DNA of 64,000 nt from a virus (taxonomy: Duplodnaviria > Caudoviricetes). A program made the translations under genes and the position numbers. Under the pieces are notes generated by a model, which worked only from the letters and a program-made list of their open reading frames with translations, was not told the origin of the DNA and ran no database searches. The DNA lies in IMG/VR virus record IMGVR_UViG_3300001525_000075, positions 15,144 to 79,143 of that record. One strand, given 5' to 3'. Of this stretch, positions 42,105 through 56,146 are shown one piece after another. Numbering within the stretch: the stretch's first letter is position 1; the number at the start of each line of letters is the position of its first letter.

Positions 42105-45100
42105 TGGATAAAGCAGCACAAAATACATTTGCTAATGGATTAAGTTTAGATGCAAGTCCTTTTATTTCAGTAGATAGTACTTTATCCAATTGTTTAAATG
42201 GTACTATTCTTACTTATGAAGGTAATGATTAGATACTTTAGAATGAAAATGGTAACGGAAGAATAGGATTAAAAGATAGTGAAGGTAATATTCAATTTGC
42301 CGAATTATCCAAAGGATATGTACCTGTAGGAGTTAAAGAATTCAAAGGTATTATTTATATAGCTTCTTTAAATCCTAAAACTGGAGAATGTGAAGTAGGT
42401 TCATTTCCTTCTCCTGATTATGATTCTTATGATGAAGTTACATACGAAGATAATGATACTGTTAACGAGTTACCCACTAATATAACATCTTTAGTTTACG
42501 ATGAACAAGTTTTGTTTAAAGATGTTAATTTAATACAAGGATCAGTAGTAGAATATACTCCTAATAACACAGGGTTTATTCAATTTGAAGATACTGATAA
42601 TAGTATTACAGATGATAATATTAAACAACATCGAATGGTTAAATATTCTGTGATTTCTACTAATGTTTCTGACAATAGCCAAACTGACATTACGGAATAT
42701 TTTAAACAAGAAGGAGATACTTATACTTGTGTTCACGATTTAGAAACATTAAAAGGTGTAAATGTTTATTATGGAATAAACGATGTATATTTAAATAATA
42801 TTGCTTCTACTCAAGAAGATGGATATTTACAATTAGCAGAAGAAGCAATGTTTATAAAATATAATTGTCCCGATGGAAGTACAGATTTAGAAGTACCTGT
42901 AGAATGGGATTCTAGCTATATTGATGTAAACTATTTAAATAACATAGAATTTGTTATGAAAGATGGCACAACTTTAACTAATGACAAATTCACTTGTGAA
43001 TCTATTAGTTATAATAGTGATACTAATCTTTTTATACGCAAATATTCTATAGATTTTGGAGATTTCGATAGACAATCAACTTTTGATGTAGTAATTGAAG
43101 GTAAAAAAGGAAGAACCAAATTTTAGACTTTTAATAAAGAAATAGAATCTAGAAATTCTTTCTTTAATTATAACAATACAAGATGTATGTGGGGAAATTG
43201 GGATAGAAAATATATTCCCGGACCCGATTATCATCCTGTAAATAATAGTGAACAAACTAAAAGATGGATATTTCAAAATAATGATTGGGAACAAGTTAGT
43301 TGTGCTTATACTGATTCTTGGGAAGGAACAATTGAAACTCGAAAATTATTTTGGCATGTATCTCCACACATATGTAAATTAGCTGCATTTCCTATTAAAA
43401 ATAATAGTACAGGAAAAGGCAAAATATTTGAAGCTCATAAAGTCGGGTGTTATGTATTAAGTATGATAAAATCTCTTACAGATTAGAGATATTATAGAAG
43501 TTTCTTTGATGTAACCGAATTAACTGAAAACGGATACATAATTTTAATATACAGTATTGTTGATACAGGAATAGAAATTTATGATCTCTAGTATTATTTC
43601 CCTAATGCTGATTATAATAACTTAGATTCTTACGGTAATTCATTTTATTATAATAATTATATTCCTGCTTCTAATAGTAATGACGGTACTAATTCCGATT
43701 AGGATTCTTTAGGTAGAATTAAAGTTGGAAATGATTATATCTATAATACATATTATGCTGAAACTGAAAAATTATACGATTTCGGTAAACAAACTAAAAA
43801 AGCAAAAAGAGTTATAACAATTCCTATACAAGAATCAGAAGAAAATACTCTATATTTAGCTTTGTCTAATAATACAATATCAGATTCCGTTGATCTTGAT
43901 TCTGATTTTGAAAATACAATAAAAACTGAATTGTATAACGATTCTGATGTAATAGCTATAAGTCCTATAAGTAATAATTACATATCTGATATAACTAATA
44001 AAAACATATCTACAAAATTCACTTTTGGTAATTTGTATTACGGTTATCCTGAGAATGTTTCTCATGGAACAGGTAAATATAGTATTTATTTTAAAAAAAT
44101 TGAAGATGAAGTAATAACTTCTGAAATTTCAACAGAAAATACAACTTTACCTATAAAAGGAAAAGTAACTATAAATTCAGAATCATGTACATTTAAAAAT
44201 AAAAATAGTAATACTTTAAATTGCAATTCAGGAGAATATTCTTATAATAGAACTGTTCGAACTACAACTGATATAATTAGAAATTAGTTTGAATTACAAA
44301 CTCCTGTAACTAAAGAGGTGACATTAAGTCATAATGGAACTAACTTTACTATAAATGGATTAAAATGCGACAACTTTATAGAATATTTAGAAGACTTTGG
44401 AAAACAAAATCCGTCAGGAGGTTTTCTTAATGTCAAGTTAGATAATTCTATAACTAATAACAAAGGTGTTACTAATGTATATGATCAATTTTTTGTATAT
44501 TATGATCAAGTAAGTGATCAAGTGAAAATCGTATACATAGAAAAATCTGAAGGTGAAGGTAATTATACTTTAAATGAAGAAAGATATTGGAAAAATTCAT
44601 CTTTAGAAACTAGTACTTATAGTTCTTATTTACCTGATTTTGGTAATGTGAGTGATTTTGAAAAACTTACATTAGACATTGATTTATCTAATTCTGTAAT
44701 TACTTATGATAATAATGATTATAACGAATTAATTAATTCTGTTATAACTAATGCTAAATTTCCAAAATATGTTTCTAGCTTAATTACAGGAAATGACGAA
44801 AAAGCTTTATTTATAACTGATAACATTTCAGGATACACCTTCACTAAAGGTAAAAATGTATGTGAAACGCAATCAATGTATGGCGATACTTCAGGACAGT
44901 CTAGAGCATACGAAATTTCTGAGAATAGAATCGATGTAATTCCTAGTGATTTTATGAAAAGAAAATTTGTTAAAATAGTTGGAGATAAGTGCGATAATTT
45001 AGACGTAGAAGGTAATTATAGAGTAGTATTAAAAGGAAAAAACGATAAAGATTATTCAGACGATATTACAACGTATTTTCATTATACTAAAGATGGTTAT

Positions 45101-45181
45101 AAATTAGAATTTCAATGTGATTATTTAATAGTAGACGGATTAGGTGATTACGGAAATACTTCTAAATCTTATATAGTATGA
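42104..45181 (+). CDS. Large tail (hub/stabilization-family) protein, 1025 aa (TAG=Gln)
   Basis: NTFANGLSLD...LSNCLNGTILTYEGNDQILQNENGNG...GYVPVGVKEFKGIIYIAS...GSFPSP; joins track ORFs 42512, 43187, 43862 and 44318; TGA at 45179. Confidence 0.7.
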
Positions 45182-48100
45182 TTCTTAATTTTAAAGTCAC
45201 AAAGAAAACTTATTAGGGATCTATGCTAGATAAGTATAGTCCTTTTAAAAATTATATAAATTCAGACGGAAAATTAGATTTATTAAGAACTGATAAATTA
45301 AATTTTAGTTTGAATCATCCTGTAGATATATAGTGCCAAAGATCTTATGATAATTCTGTTAATTTGATATTAAATGACGGAAACAGTCAACCTAAATTAA
45401 TTAATAGTAGATTTATAGCTTCTAATGGTTCTTATAAAGAAGCCGACAGAACAGGTTCTGCTGATTCTAATCTTTATAGAGATAGTGCTTTTTATTTAGA
45501 TACTGCATTATTCAAAATATTTAAAAGTTATATTAAAGTAAATCTACAAGGTATTCATAACGGTGGAAACCTTAAAGTGGGTAATTATACTTTTTATTTT
45601 AAATATGTAGATGATGATAATAATGAAACTAATATAGCAGGATGGTCTAAGCGTTGTCCAATATTTATTGGTGAAAATTCTAAAATAGATGGAGGATATT
45701 GTAATAAAAACTCTAACAAATATATTGAATTACAACTTACAAATTTAGATACAACCTATTAGTATTTAAATGTTTATTATACTAGAGATTCTTCTGATTA
45801 GTTTGAATTAAATGCCACAACTTGTTTTAAAATTAATTAGAAATTTTCATTTTCAGAATCAACTAAAAGATTAATTATTACAGGAAATGAAAATACAATT
45901 GACTATACAGTTGAAGCTTTAAATTTAAATAATTAGATATTAAATTCTGTCGAAACGCAAGCAGTATGTTCAAATACATTATTATTGGGAAATGTATAGC
46001 AACATTCAGTAGAATATGAAGACCTTAAAGATTTAAGTCTTAGAATTTATCCTACATTTGAACCTATAACTAATAATACTAATTATTCAGATGTAAATAA
46101 TATCTATAATTTTACAGGTTATTTTCCTGGAGAATTTTACTCTTTCGGTATAGTTTATATTTACAATAATAATAAAGAATCTCCTGTGTTTCCCATAAGA
46201 GGTAATATTAGACAAGGTGTTTCTGTACCGACTATAGAAGATATTTATGATTCAGAAAGTAAACGTAATTATTTAGCAATAGATTCAGATAATTATAGAA
46301 TACTTCCTGAGGGAATTGATAATTCTAAAGGTGTAAGTAGAGTACCTTCTGATTATAATGTTCCATATTCTGTTATTATTAATTTTCCTGAAAATAAAAA
46401 CTTTAAAGATATTTTATCTTAGCAGAATATATAGAGTTATTATATAGTACGTCAAAAGCGAATACCTACTGTATTAACTTAGATGTATGTATTACCTACT
46501 AATGAAAATATAGGATTACCTCTTGTTCCAAATAGCAAGACTGGTTATAAAGTTCCTGACTTTAAATATGTTTTAGATTCAGATGGGAATGAATAGAATT
46601 TAATAATAAAAGAAAAAGAAGATATTTCTAAAAACTACGCTTGTGGTATAAGCCCTGACTTTACAGTAAGACAACCTTATTATAATAATATTATTACAGG
46701 TGATGATTTTAAAGTAAGAATTGTAGGTAATGGAAATATTGATTTTCCTGATGATGAGAATGATTACAAGAATAATTATAAACAATTTAGAATTAATACT
46801 TAGAATTTAGATTATAAAATATCTAGTCACTGGGTTAGAATTGATTCTTCTTTTACTATAAACCCTTATAATACTACTGATGTTTAGACATTTGAAAATT
46901 TAAAAGTATATGTAAGGCATCACGGTTCAATAGATTCTAAAATTGATATAAAAGTTAACGAATTAGTAAATGATTATATTATAAATTGTAGTTTAACTTT
47001 GTATCAAAAAGGTTATTATGTCTATAATCCGCACGGAGGAACTTATACTAAAACGTATACAGAAATCTGTAATATTCCGAGTATTAATTTAGCGGGTATG
47101 ATTATATTACCTGAGTATTCTAAATTACAAAAGGTAAATTCAGACAAAGAAGTTAATTCTAATCTTTATACAATTCAATTACAAACTATAAAAGAAGATG
47201 TTCCTAATGTTAAATTAGGAGATCTAAAATTTCATTCTAAAGCAGGAAGTGCTGAAGATTTAAAGAAATTTTTATATAATTTAGAGAATAAAGAGGAATT
47301 ACTAAAACGATGGAATAGTTATCAATGTACAGATAATAATAAGGCTAGAAACATAAATTCAACTGACCTTTAGAATTTATCAAATCGTCCTGCTGTAATT
47401 AGAGGTAGTTATTCGCCTTATATTGCAATTAAAGGAGATAATATTTCTGATTTAATAGGTAAAATTGTTCAAGTATATGTTCCCGGATATGATGAGAATA
47501 ATATAGAAAATTTCTTAAAAATACGATATGCTGATACATCTTACTATAGTAATATTAGTGATGTAGAATCAATATCTGATTATTTAGGAAAATCTTTAAT
47601 ATGTCATCAAGGTGATTGTTATGACTGTTCTTTTACTCAAAGAATTTATAAAAATTTCCAAGATCCTGTTGCTCCTAATAACGACAGTTTGGTAAAACAA
47701 ATAGGTTATTGCGCAGTTCATAATGAAGGTAATGATGGTGCAAATATGGATAATCCTATTGAAGGTAAAGACGCCAAAATGGTATTAACAGGATTTGATA
47801 ATATTAATAGAGGTGATATTAATGCTATTAAACTTGGTACTTGGATGACAATTCCTGTACTTAGTGTTAATAATTTAAACATACGTTCTGTTGATGATAC
47901 TTACGCTAGTGAATGGGCTTTAACAGGTAATACTAGAGCTTTCTATCCTTATAGAGATATAGATTTATCAGGAAATAATAAAATTCCTGAATCACAATTT
48001 ATAAATGAAGGTTTTAGTCAATCATTAGGATATTTAAAGAAATTTGCATATCAAAGTGTTCCTGCTATTAAAAATGATTTTAGAAATAGAATATATTATT

Positions 48101-50049
48101 CTAATATAGCAGTACAAGATTCTTATTAGAATGGGTTTAGAGTATTTTCTGAAACTGCTTTTAGAGATTATAAAATAGAATACGGAACAATTACTAAATT
48201 ATTAGAATATAATGGTGCTTTAGTAATAGTATTTGAACATGCTATTGGAATTGTAAATATAGGTTCTCCTAAAGATACTGAACAAGACTATTTAAATACT
48301 GCAAATAGATTACCTGAAGACATTACGGTAATCTCTGATTCATACGGAAGTTCCTTTAAAGATAGTATTATTAAAACTCCTTCAGGCATTTATGGAGTAG
48401 ACACTACAACTAAAAAGATTTGGAGATATAATGGAGAATTCAGATTAATCTCAGAACAATTAGTTGATTCATTCTTATTAAAAAATATTAAAGATGATAT
48501 AGATGTTACTATAAGTGTTAGTAATTGTAAAACAATTTATAATGCTCAAAAACATAAAATAATGTTTACATTCTATACTCCTAAAAATAGTATAGATGAA
48601 ATAGCTTGGAATCTGTGTTGGGATGAAATGATTTAGAAATGGCAAACTTTTTATTCTTGGATTCCATTGCACGGAGTAAATGTCTATAATAATTTTATAT
48701 CTTTCGATAGAGAATTAAATAAAAATAATATTAAATATGTTACTTCAGATTCTCTAACTGACGATAATTTAATTTAGGATACAACGTTCTATGCTTTAAG
48801 CATTTTTGAAGGTTATAATGATGGAGAAATTAAATTAATAGATACAACATTTGGAACTGATTGTTGTAATTTTAATTTTATCGAAGGAAGTGCTTTGATA
48901 AAAAGAAAACATTATTATTTACAAATCAATACTTCTAAAATATTATCTAAATTAAAGAAATTAGGATATATAGATATAGTATTTTCAATTAAAGGTGAAT
49001 ACAAAACTTATACCCTGTGGTATTCTGATAGTATTCCTGAATTTACTAATTATTTTTATATTCACAGTTCCAATCAATTATATAGTTATTAGGAAAAAAT
49101 ATTACCCACTTATTGGTATAATAAACAACATCCTTTTGAATTTGAATTTATAGTATCTAAAGATTTACCCATACATAAAATCTTTAATAAAATGACTATT
49201 ATAGGTAATAATTCTGAACCCGAATCGTTCCATTATGAAATTACTGGTGACTGTTTTGATTTTGCAGAATTAAAACCCGAAATCTATTTTAGATAGGAGA
49301 TTACTAGAGCATTTTATCATAAAAATGGATCTAACATTAGTTGGGATAAAACTATTGAGTTAGACGAAACATTACAAAATGGTTCTAAATTGTGGGATAT
49401 TAGTAGAACAAATACTAAAACTAACAATAAAGGATATTTTATTTATAAGTCTACACAATTTCCTACTATTTATAATTATAAATCTGACTATTTAAATACT
49501 ATAGAAGATTATTATACATAGGTTACCAGTGATAGTAAGAATTATTCTAATTTAGCTGGAGCTGAAATCGTTAAAAACAATAATGAATATCATATTGTAA
49601 ATCACGCTAAAGGTGTTGATATGAAAAAAGACGGAAGATTAAGAGGTAATATGTATTATTAGGAAGATAGGTGGTTTGTACAAATTAATCCTATTACTAT
49701 AGTTCAAAAGAATGAATTATCTTCTACTTGGGCTAAAAAAGATGATAGATATTTCCCTGCATTAGTTGTTGGAAATGGATTACCTTCTGATTTATTAACT
49801 TATAATATTAATAATGACAGTATTCCCGAATTTCTTAAAACTAACTTCAATTACAATATTTCTAATATAGATACTACCGATTGGGGAATTTATCCTACTA
49901 ATGTAAATGGAACTATAGTATATGCAGATGCTCATACTAGACAAGAAATTAAAGTAAAGGATAAATATATGAAAGTTAAAATACGATATTCAGGAATTAA
50001 ACCTGTAAGTATACAGAATATATTAACTTATTATACTGAAGTCAACTAA
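45178..50049 (+). CDS. Tail stabilization/muzzle-type protein, 1623 aa (TAG=Gln)
   Basis: FSLNHPVDIQCQRSYDNSVNLILNDG..PKLINSRF; NRIYYSNIAVQDSYQNGFRVF...YGTITKL...VFEHAIG; track ORFs 45364, 46186, 46999, 47689 and 48895 are all frame 1. Confidence 0.7.
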
Positions 50050-50050
50050 T

Positions 50051-51946
50051 ATGTAGTTAATCAAAAAATTTCAAATGCCTTCAGGCGCATTATATAGATC
50101 AAATTCTCAGTTTAATTTTAGACCTAGTTTAACTAATTATGAGATAGGTTAGAGTGCTTTATCTTCTTTAAATACAACTAATTCTAATCTTTTTGGAGTA
50201 GATAATCCTGCTGAATCCTTCAAGATAGATAAAAATTTGCAAACGAGATTTTCGGGACCTACTGAAACTAATATTAATAAACCTGTTGAATTTAACAAGT
50301 CAATTAATATAGGAGAATCTTCAGGACAAGATTTTACAAATTATCATAAATATTCTAATACTAAAACTATTGATGATATATACAGTCGTATATAGTCAGC
50401 TAAAGAAAACAAACTAACTGAACAATAGCAACAGGTATTACAAAATAGATTGGATGCCAATATCGCTTTAGACAATGCTAATGGTGATAAAACTCAGCTT
50501 ACTAAATAGCAAAGACGATATTTAGGTAATGATTCAGAAGTTGATGCAGCTATAAGTAAACATGAAAAATCTTTATCCAGACAAACTACTGCTGGAAATA
50601 TAATGGGGCAAGTTTCCGATGTTGCCGGGAGTCTAATACCTAAAACTGATCAATCTGCTTTAACTGAGGGGTTAAATAATACTTACGATCAAGCGTCTAA
50701 TATGGTATCGTAGGTTAATCCTTTAGTTGGCGATATTATGAAAGTAGGAGGTTTAGTATCAGACGGATTAACAGCATTAGGGGTTGGAACTGACCAAATG
50801 ACTACAACTGACAAAATACTTGATTCTAAGTTCTTAAAGCTTACACCAATGGGGTTAATTAATGCTATTGGTGCTAAAAAATCAGATGCTTTAGCGAAAA
50901 ATGATGAAGTATTTACTCAAATAGGTTCTGCGTATGAAGGAACTGAAGCAGATGTAGATTCTGCTGTTACTAAAGCAGGAAAGAAATATGGATTGTTTAG
51001 TAGGAGAGCTAGACAAAAAGCTAATGATCAAATTGCCGAAGCTAAAACTCAACAACTCATTGCAGGAAATATTGCTGAAAATTCTGCTTCTGATTTTGAT
51101 ACTCAAGCTAGTATGTCGGATATTTATTCTAATAAATTATCATTCCTTTCTTCAGGAGGATTTAATCAACGAATGGCAGTTGGTAAGCAAGGTATGAAAA
51201 TCTTTAATAAAGAATCAGTTTCTAATATTAGAAATTGTATCAAGGCTTAGAAAGGAACTAAACTACCTTATAAACTTTGGGTATCTAATGTAAATCCTGA
51301 TTTTTTAAATGATAATTACGATTTAGAAACTGCTTATAGATATTTACCTATTGAACAATTAGATGCTTGGAAATTCGCTGTTAATAGCGGAATACCCAAA
51401 TATTTATTGAATTTAAAAGATCGTAATGGAAAACATCTTTTTCATTTAGGTTCAGTAGCTAAATTACCTAATTCTGAAGACTATATCTTTTTAAAATTAG
51501 GTACTGAAAAAACCAATCCTGAATTACATTGGGAAACTGATTTATATTATAATGGAAAGAATGGTCTAAAAAAAACTCATGACTTAGTTTATGATGGTGA
51601 TAGATATTATTACAGAAAGAAAAAATCTTAGAAATTTGAAAAAGGCGGTAAAGTTAATGTAATTCCCGATGGAGCGTTACACGCTAGATTACACCATATG
51701 GATGTAGATAACATTACTAAGAAAGGTATCCCTGTAGTAGTTCAAAAAGAAGGCGAAGAAATCGAACAATAGGCTGAAATCGAGAGAAACGAAATAATAT
51801 TTAATTTAGATGTAACTAAAAAATTAGAAGAACTTTGGAAAAATGGTTCTGATGAAGCTGCAATTGAAGCAGGAGAAATTTTAGTGAAAGAAATTTTAGA
51901 TAATACATAGGATAATACAGGTCTAATTAAAGAAGTAGAAGTATGA
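50051..51946 (+). CDS. Putative internal cargo/ejection protein, 631 aa (second codon TAG)
   Basis: MQLIKKFQ start; Gly/Ala-rich amphipathic middle; C-terminal NVIPDGALHARLHH...KGIPVV...EIERNEIIF; TGA at 51944. Confidence 0.6.
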
Positions 51947-52524
51947 TAATAGAGCTTGGTGATAATACATATGACGTAAAAGAAGCTAAAACTGATGAAG
52001 AAAAAGCAAAAGGTTTATCTGGAATAACATCTCTTCCTAAAAACGAAGGTATGATTTTTTATTTTGATGAACCTCAATCTACTTCTTTTTGGATGAAAGA
52101 TACACTTATTCCTTTAGATATAATATTCATTAATAAAGATAATGAAGTTATTTCAGTACATCAAGGAAAACCTGAAGATGAAACTCCTATTACGGAAGAT
52201 AATGTATTTTATGTAGTAGAAGTTAACGCTAATTCAGGTGTAGAAGAAGGAGATGATTTAGAATTTGAAGAACCTGAAACAGATTCTGATAAAATGTTAG
52301 TATTAGCTCCTAATGGTGAAACACAAATGGAATTAGAAGGCGGTGAACGAATTTTTAGTAGAAGTTGTACTAAAATGATGATTAAAAAAGCAAAAAAAGC
52401 TAGGGCAGTAGAAAATGATAAAAATAAATTCAAAAGAGCTTGTAAGTCCCTAGGAAAATATTTATTTAAAGAATTAACCGCACAAGAAAATAGAGATCCT
52501 GAATATGTTGAAGCACCTAATTAA
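51943..52524 (+). CDS. DUF192-family protein with C-terminal extension, 193 aa
   Basis: AKT.EEKAKGLSG...GMIFYF...FWMKDTLIPLDIIFI...VVEVNA. Confidence 0.85.
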   Translation: MIIELGDNTYDVKEAKTDEEKAKGLSGITSLPKNEGMIFYFDEPQSTSFWMKDTLIPLDIIFINKDNEVISVHQGKPEDETPITEDNVFYVVEVNANSGVEEGDDLEFEEPETDSDKMLVLAPNGETQMELEGGERIFSRSCTKMMIKKAKKARAVENDKNKFKRACKSLGKYLFKELTAQENRDPEYVEAPN

Positions 52525-52544
52525 AGATACTTAAATAACGAAAT

Positions 52545-52576
52545 TTTGGAATTTTGATACAAAACTATTATATTTA
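52545..52576 (+). promoter_or_regulatory. Putative Bacteroidota-type promoter
   Basis: TTTG-N20-TAtaTTTA in the intergenic gap. Confidence 0.4.
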
Positions 52577-52612
52577 AAAGTGATTAAAAGTTAAACATTA
52601 AACTAGTTTATT

Positions 52613-52915
52613 ATGAATTTAAAATTTAGAAAATTCCAACAAGGTGGTGCTATGCCCGAAGAAGCAGCACCTGAAACGACTGCTCCCGAAGGTGGTGCTG
52701 CTGGCGCACCTGCTGGTGGTGAAGATCCTATTATGCAGTTAGCACAAATGGCTGCTCAAGCACTTCAAGGTGGAGATTGTAATATGGCTATGCAAGTTTG
52801 TCAAGCATTTATTCAGATGCTTCAAAGTCAACAAGGTGGTGGCGCTCCTGCACCTGAACAATCTGAACCTGTTTATCGCAAAGGCGGCACATTGGTAAGA
52901 CGAATAAGAAAGTAA
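52613..52915 (+). CDS. Small A/P/Q/G-rich putative cargo protein, 100 aa
   Basis: KFQQGG at the N-terminus, YRKGG at the C-terminus; GC-richer codon usage. Confidence 0.7.
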   Translation: MNLKFRKFQQGGAMPEEAAPETTAPEGGAAGAPAGGEDPIMQLAQMAAQALQGGDCNMAMQVCQAFIQMLQSQQGGGAPAPEQSEPVYRKGGTLVRRIRK

Positions 52916-52920
52916 TTTTT

Positions 52921-52954
52921 AGGAGTGTACAAAATTAATGTACACTCCTTTTTT
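52921..52954 (+). terminator. Rho-independent terminator
   Basis: AGGAGTGTACA-AAATTAA-TGTACACTCCT followed by a T run. Confidence 0.85.
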
Positions 52955-52966
52955 ATTATATATACT

Positions 52967-55900
52967 ATGTCACAAATTATATAGAAATTTCAAGAAGGTG
53001 GAACTACTCCAACTTTATTTAAATGGAATTAGGGAGGTATAGAAACTGATAGATTAGTTAATGCTATATCTGCAAATATAGATTAGTATTTAGACGAACA
53101 AGATTGGTCTGTAAAAAGGAAAGAACGTTTTGTCAATTCTGTAAATAAATTTATTACAGGAATAGAAAATGGTAATATTACTGAAATGTCATCTACTGGA
53201 AGATTTTTAGATTCTAGAGGAATTAAAGGTGGTGGAGTTAGTAATGAAACAGGTAATAATAGATTTAGAGAAGATAGAGAAGCCGCTTCTTTTGTTAAGT
53301 GGGTATTGAACGGTTAGACTCCTTATTAGAAACCTGAAAAGAAAGTAGAGCCTTTTGATATAAATAAATCCTTTGCTAAATCTTTTAATAAAAAATATCT
53401 TAATAATACATCAGATACTTTTAATCTTGAAGCTTTAAGTAATGTCAGTTATAATTATAGAAATAATCTAGTTTATCCTATATTTGAAGCTTTGAGAAAC
53501 GTAGATTCCGAAGATTGGGGTGATTACGGAAATAAACAAAATTATTTAGCAGCTGTTGAAAGAGCTAGCAATCAATATAAAAAAGCACTTAAAGCTGGAT
53601 TTAAAGATGATACAGATGCTGCTAAAACTATAATTTCTGCTTTATCAGGATTAAATATAAACTCAGGATTTTTAAGATCTTGGTTTTCTACTATAGATGG
53701 TTTATTTTCAACCCCAACTTAGTCTCAGGTTTAGCCTACAACCGATACTCCAACATAGGCAACTGACGCTCCAACATAGGCAACTGACGCTCCAACATAG
53801 GCAACTGGAGAATCTCCTTCACCGTCAACTCAGGTTTAGCCTACAGCTGACACTTCATATGAAAGTTTATTATTTTATCCAACAATTCAGAATTTATGGA
53901 AAATTGATCAAAAAACAAATATTAAATTACCTGCAAACCGTTGGATAAATAGTGGAGGTTATGAACAACGCATTGGACCTCAGTTTACTGGGAGTGATAA
54001 CTATCTTGCAAAATTATTTCAACATGTTGTAACATTAGATAGTAAAAATTGGAATAATTCTGCAAAAAGTGAATATCAAGTTCCTTATTGGGATCCGAAA
54101 ACAGCAACGTGGAAATTGAATTATAATAATACATATACAGAATTAATGGGTGATGCGATTAACTATATGTTACAAACTAATAATTCTGATTTATTAAAAT
54201 TAAATGACGGTTCTGTGGTTATAGGTTCTACGATAAACGTTAAATATCCTGTATGTCTTGCGTATAATCCAAATACTAAAGAACTTAAAAGAGTTCCGAT
54301 TTACTTATTAATGAATGAACCTAATGTAGGTCCTAAAATTAAAGAACAATTAGCAAATTCATCTCTTTCTGCTAATGTTCCTTCTTCACCCAATATTTGG
54401 TCACATAAAGAAGGTGGATCAATAAAGAAATTCCAAACTCCAGCAGGACCTCTAAAATTTGATGCGGATAAATACGGTAAATACGTAAAATTCGATACAA
54501 ATAAACGTTATAGACTTAATTTATAGGATGACGGAACTGTAAATCTTGTAGATAGAGCAGATCTTAATGTTATAGATAATAATCATAGAGGATTTTATGC
54601 CCCTGAAGGCAATGTAGCTGAAGTTGAAAAACAACCGTGGTTCAAATATTGGACTGATGTGTTAACCACGAATTCAGATATAGCTGAACCTTGGAGTAAA
54701 GGTTATGTAGATCACAACCAAGTTTATGGAAAATAGTATGAAAATGCTTGGAGTACTGATGGAAAATTCGATTTTAATAAATTCTCAAATACTAAATTTT
54801 TAGGTGGAAACGCTAATGCAAGTACTGATAAAAATGCTAAATTTTTGTGGTATGATACATTAAATGGACCTGGACACGATGTATTTAAAGGATTAATGTA
54901 TCATATTAAAAACGATAAAGGTGAAGATGAATTCGGGTCCCGTGAAGATTTTGAAAAATTAGGATATGTATTACCTGATGATGCAAAAGAAAATCCTACA
55001 GATAATCCTCTTGTTTATTATAAAACATTAATTAAGAAAGATAATCCTGAAACAGACGATACTAAAGATAAGACTACTGCTTCGAAAACTAATTCTGCTG
55101 TTGACCCTTCAATACATACTGATAAAGGAATAGATTTTAATTGGGAATCTTGGGCTATTCCTTTCGCTGGATCTACTTTAAGATATTTAAATACTGAGCG
55201 TGCCAATAAACAAATGTTAAATGAGGCACTTAATTCATATAAACCTTATTATAAAGATCCTAAACGATTTGAACGTAATATTTATGGTGACTACGCTTCA
55301 TTATCTAACGCAGAAAATGAAGCACATCAAATAAATGTAAAAGCTGAAAATCCTACATATTCTGATGCACAAATTCAAGCAGCAAAAGAATTAGAAGGTG
55401 AAAAAGTTGCTGCGAATAAACGTGCTGAAGGTCAAAGAGCGTATTCTAATGGAATTCGAACCACTCAAGAAGCTACATTAGCACAAGCTAAAGAAAATGA
55501 TTATAATGCTATTGATACAGCTAATGAAAATAGATACAATTAGTGGAATACTAATATGTTGAAGAGTCAAGCAAGACAAGGATACATTAGTAGAAGAGCT
55601 TAGAATCTTAACACATTTTTACAAGAGTTACAAATGCAGGCTCAAAATAGACTTGATAAAAAACTCAATTTAGACGAAAACGCATTAAATGCTTACATTA
55701 AAGCTAAATATAATAATGATCCTGAATTGTTAGCTTTACAAAGAGATGCTCAACAATGGATAGCTCAAGGTAATGACTTGAATACTTGGGATACTAAAAA
55801 ATACAATCGATTAATAACATTGTAGAATACATTAGCTTATGATGAATTAAGATTTAGACTTGAAAACATTGGAAAATTACAAGGAGTTGGAGTTAATAAT

Positions 55901-56146
55901 AGAATTTTAAATTAGATTAAAAGTAAATCTACTCCTGTTATTGTTCCTCAAAAAGATGTTGTAATTAATAAATCAGGTGGCACTTTATCTGATGAAACGA
56001 AAATAAAAATATCTAAGATGAAACATCAATTAGATAAATAGAAATTATTTTAGAAAAATATTAGAGAATCAATTAATGATAATTCTAAAATGATTAATAA
56101 TTTATCTAATACAATGCAAAAATTATTAATGCAAGTAATAAAATGA
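52967..56146 (+). CDS. Putative cargo/ejection protein, 1059 aa (TAG=Gln)
   Basis: MSQIIQKFQEGG start; joins track ORFs 53492, 54116, 54845 and 55634; P/T/Q linker; helical C-terminal third; TGA at 56144. Confidence 0.65.
53748..53807 (+). repeat. 21-bp in-frame tandem repeat (~2.9 copies) encoding a PTQATDA linker
   Basis: CTCCAACATAGGCAACTGACG x2 plus a partial copy; flanked by CTCAGGTTTAGCCTACA at 53724 and 53829. Confidence 0.9.

Noticed and set aside
53748-53807. CRISPR array
   Set aside because: Units are directly adjacent with no spacers, and the period is a multiple of 3 within a CDS.
6372-53948. Alternative-frame + strand ORFs (6372, 12669, 16882, 30123, 38830, 50988, 53697)
   Set aside because: They are nested out of frame in longer genes with atypical composition; 53697 is just the 21-bp repeat read in another frame.
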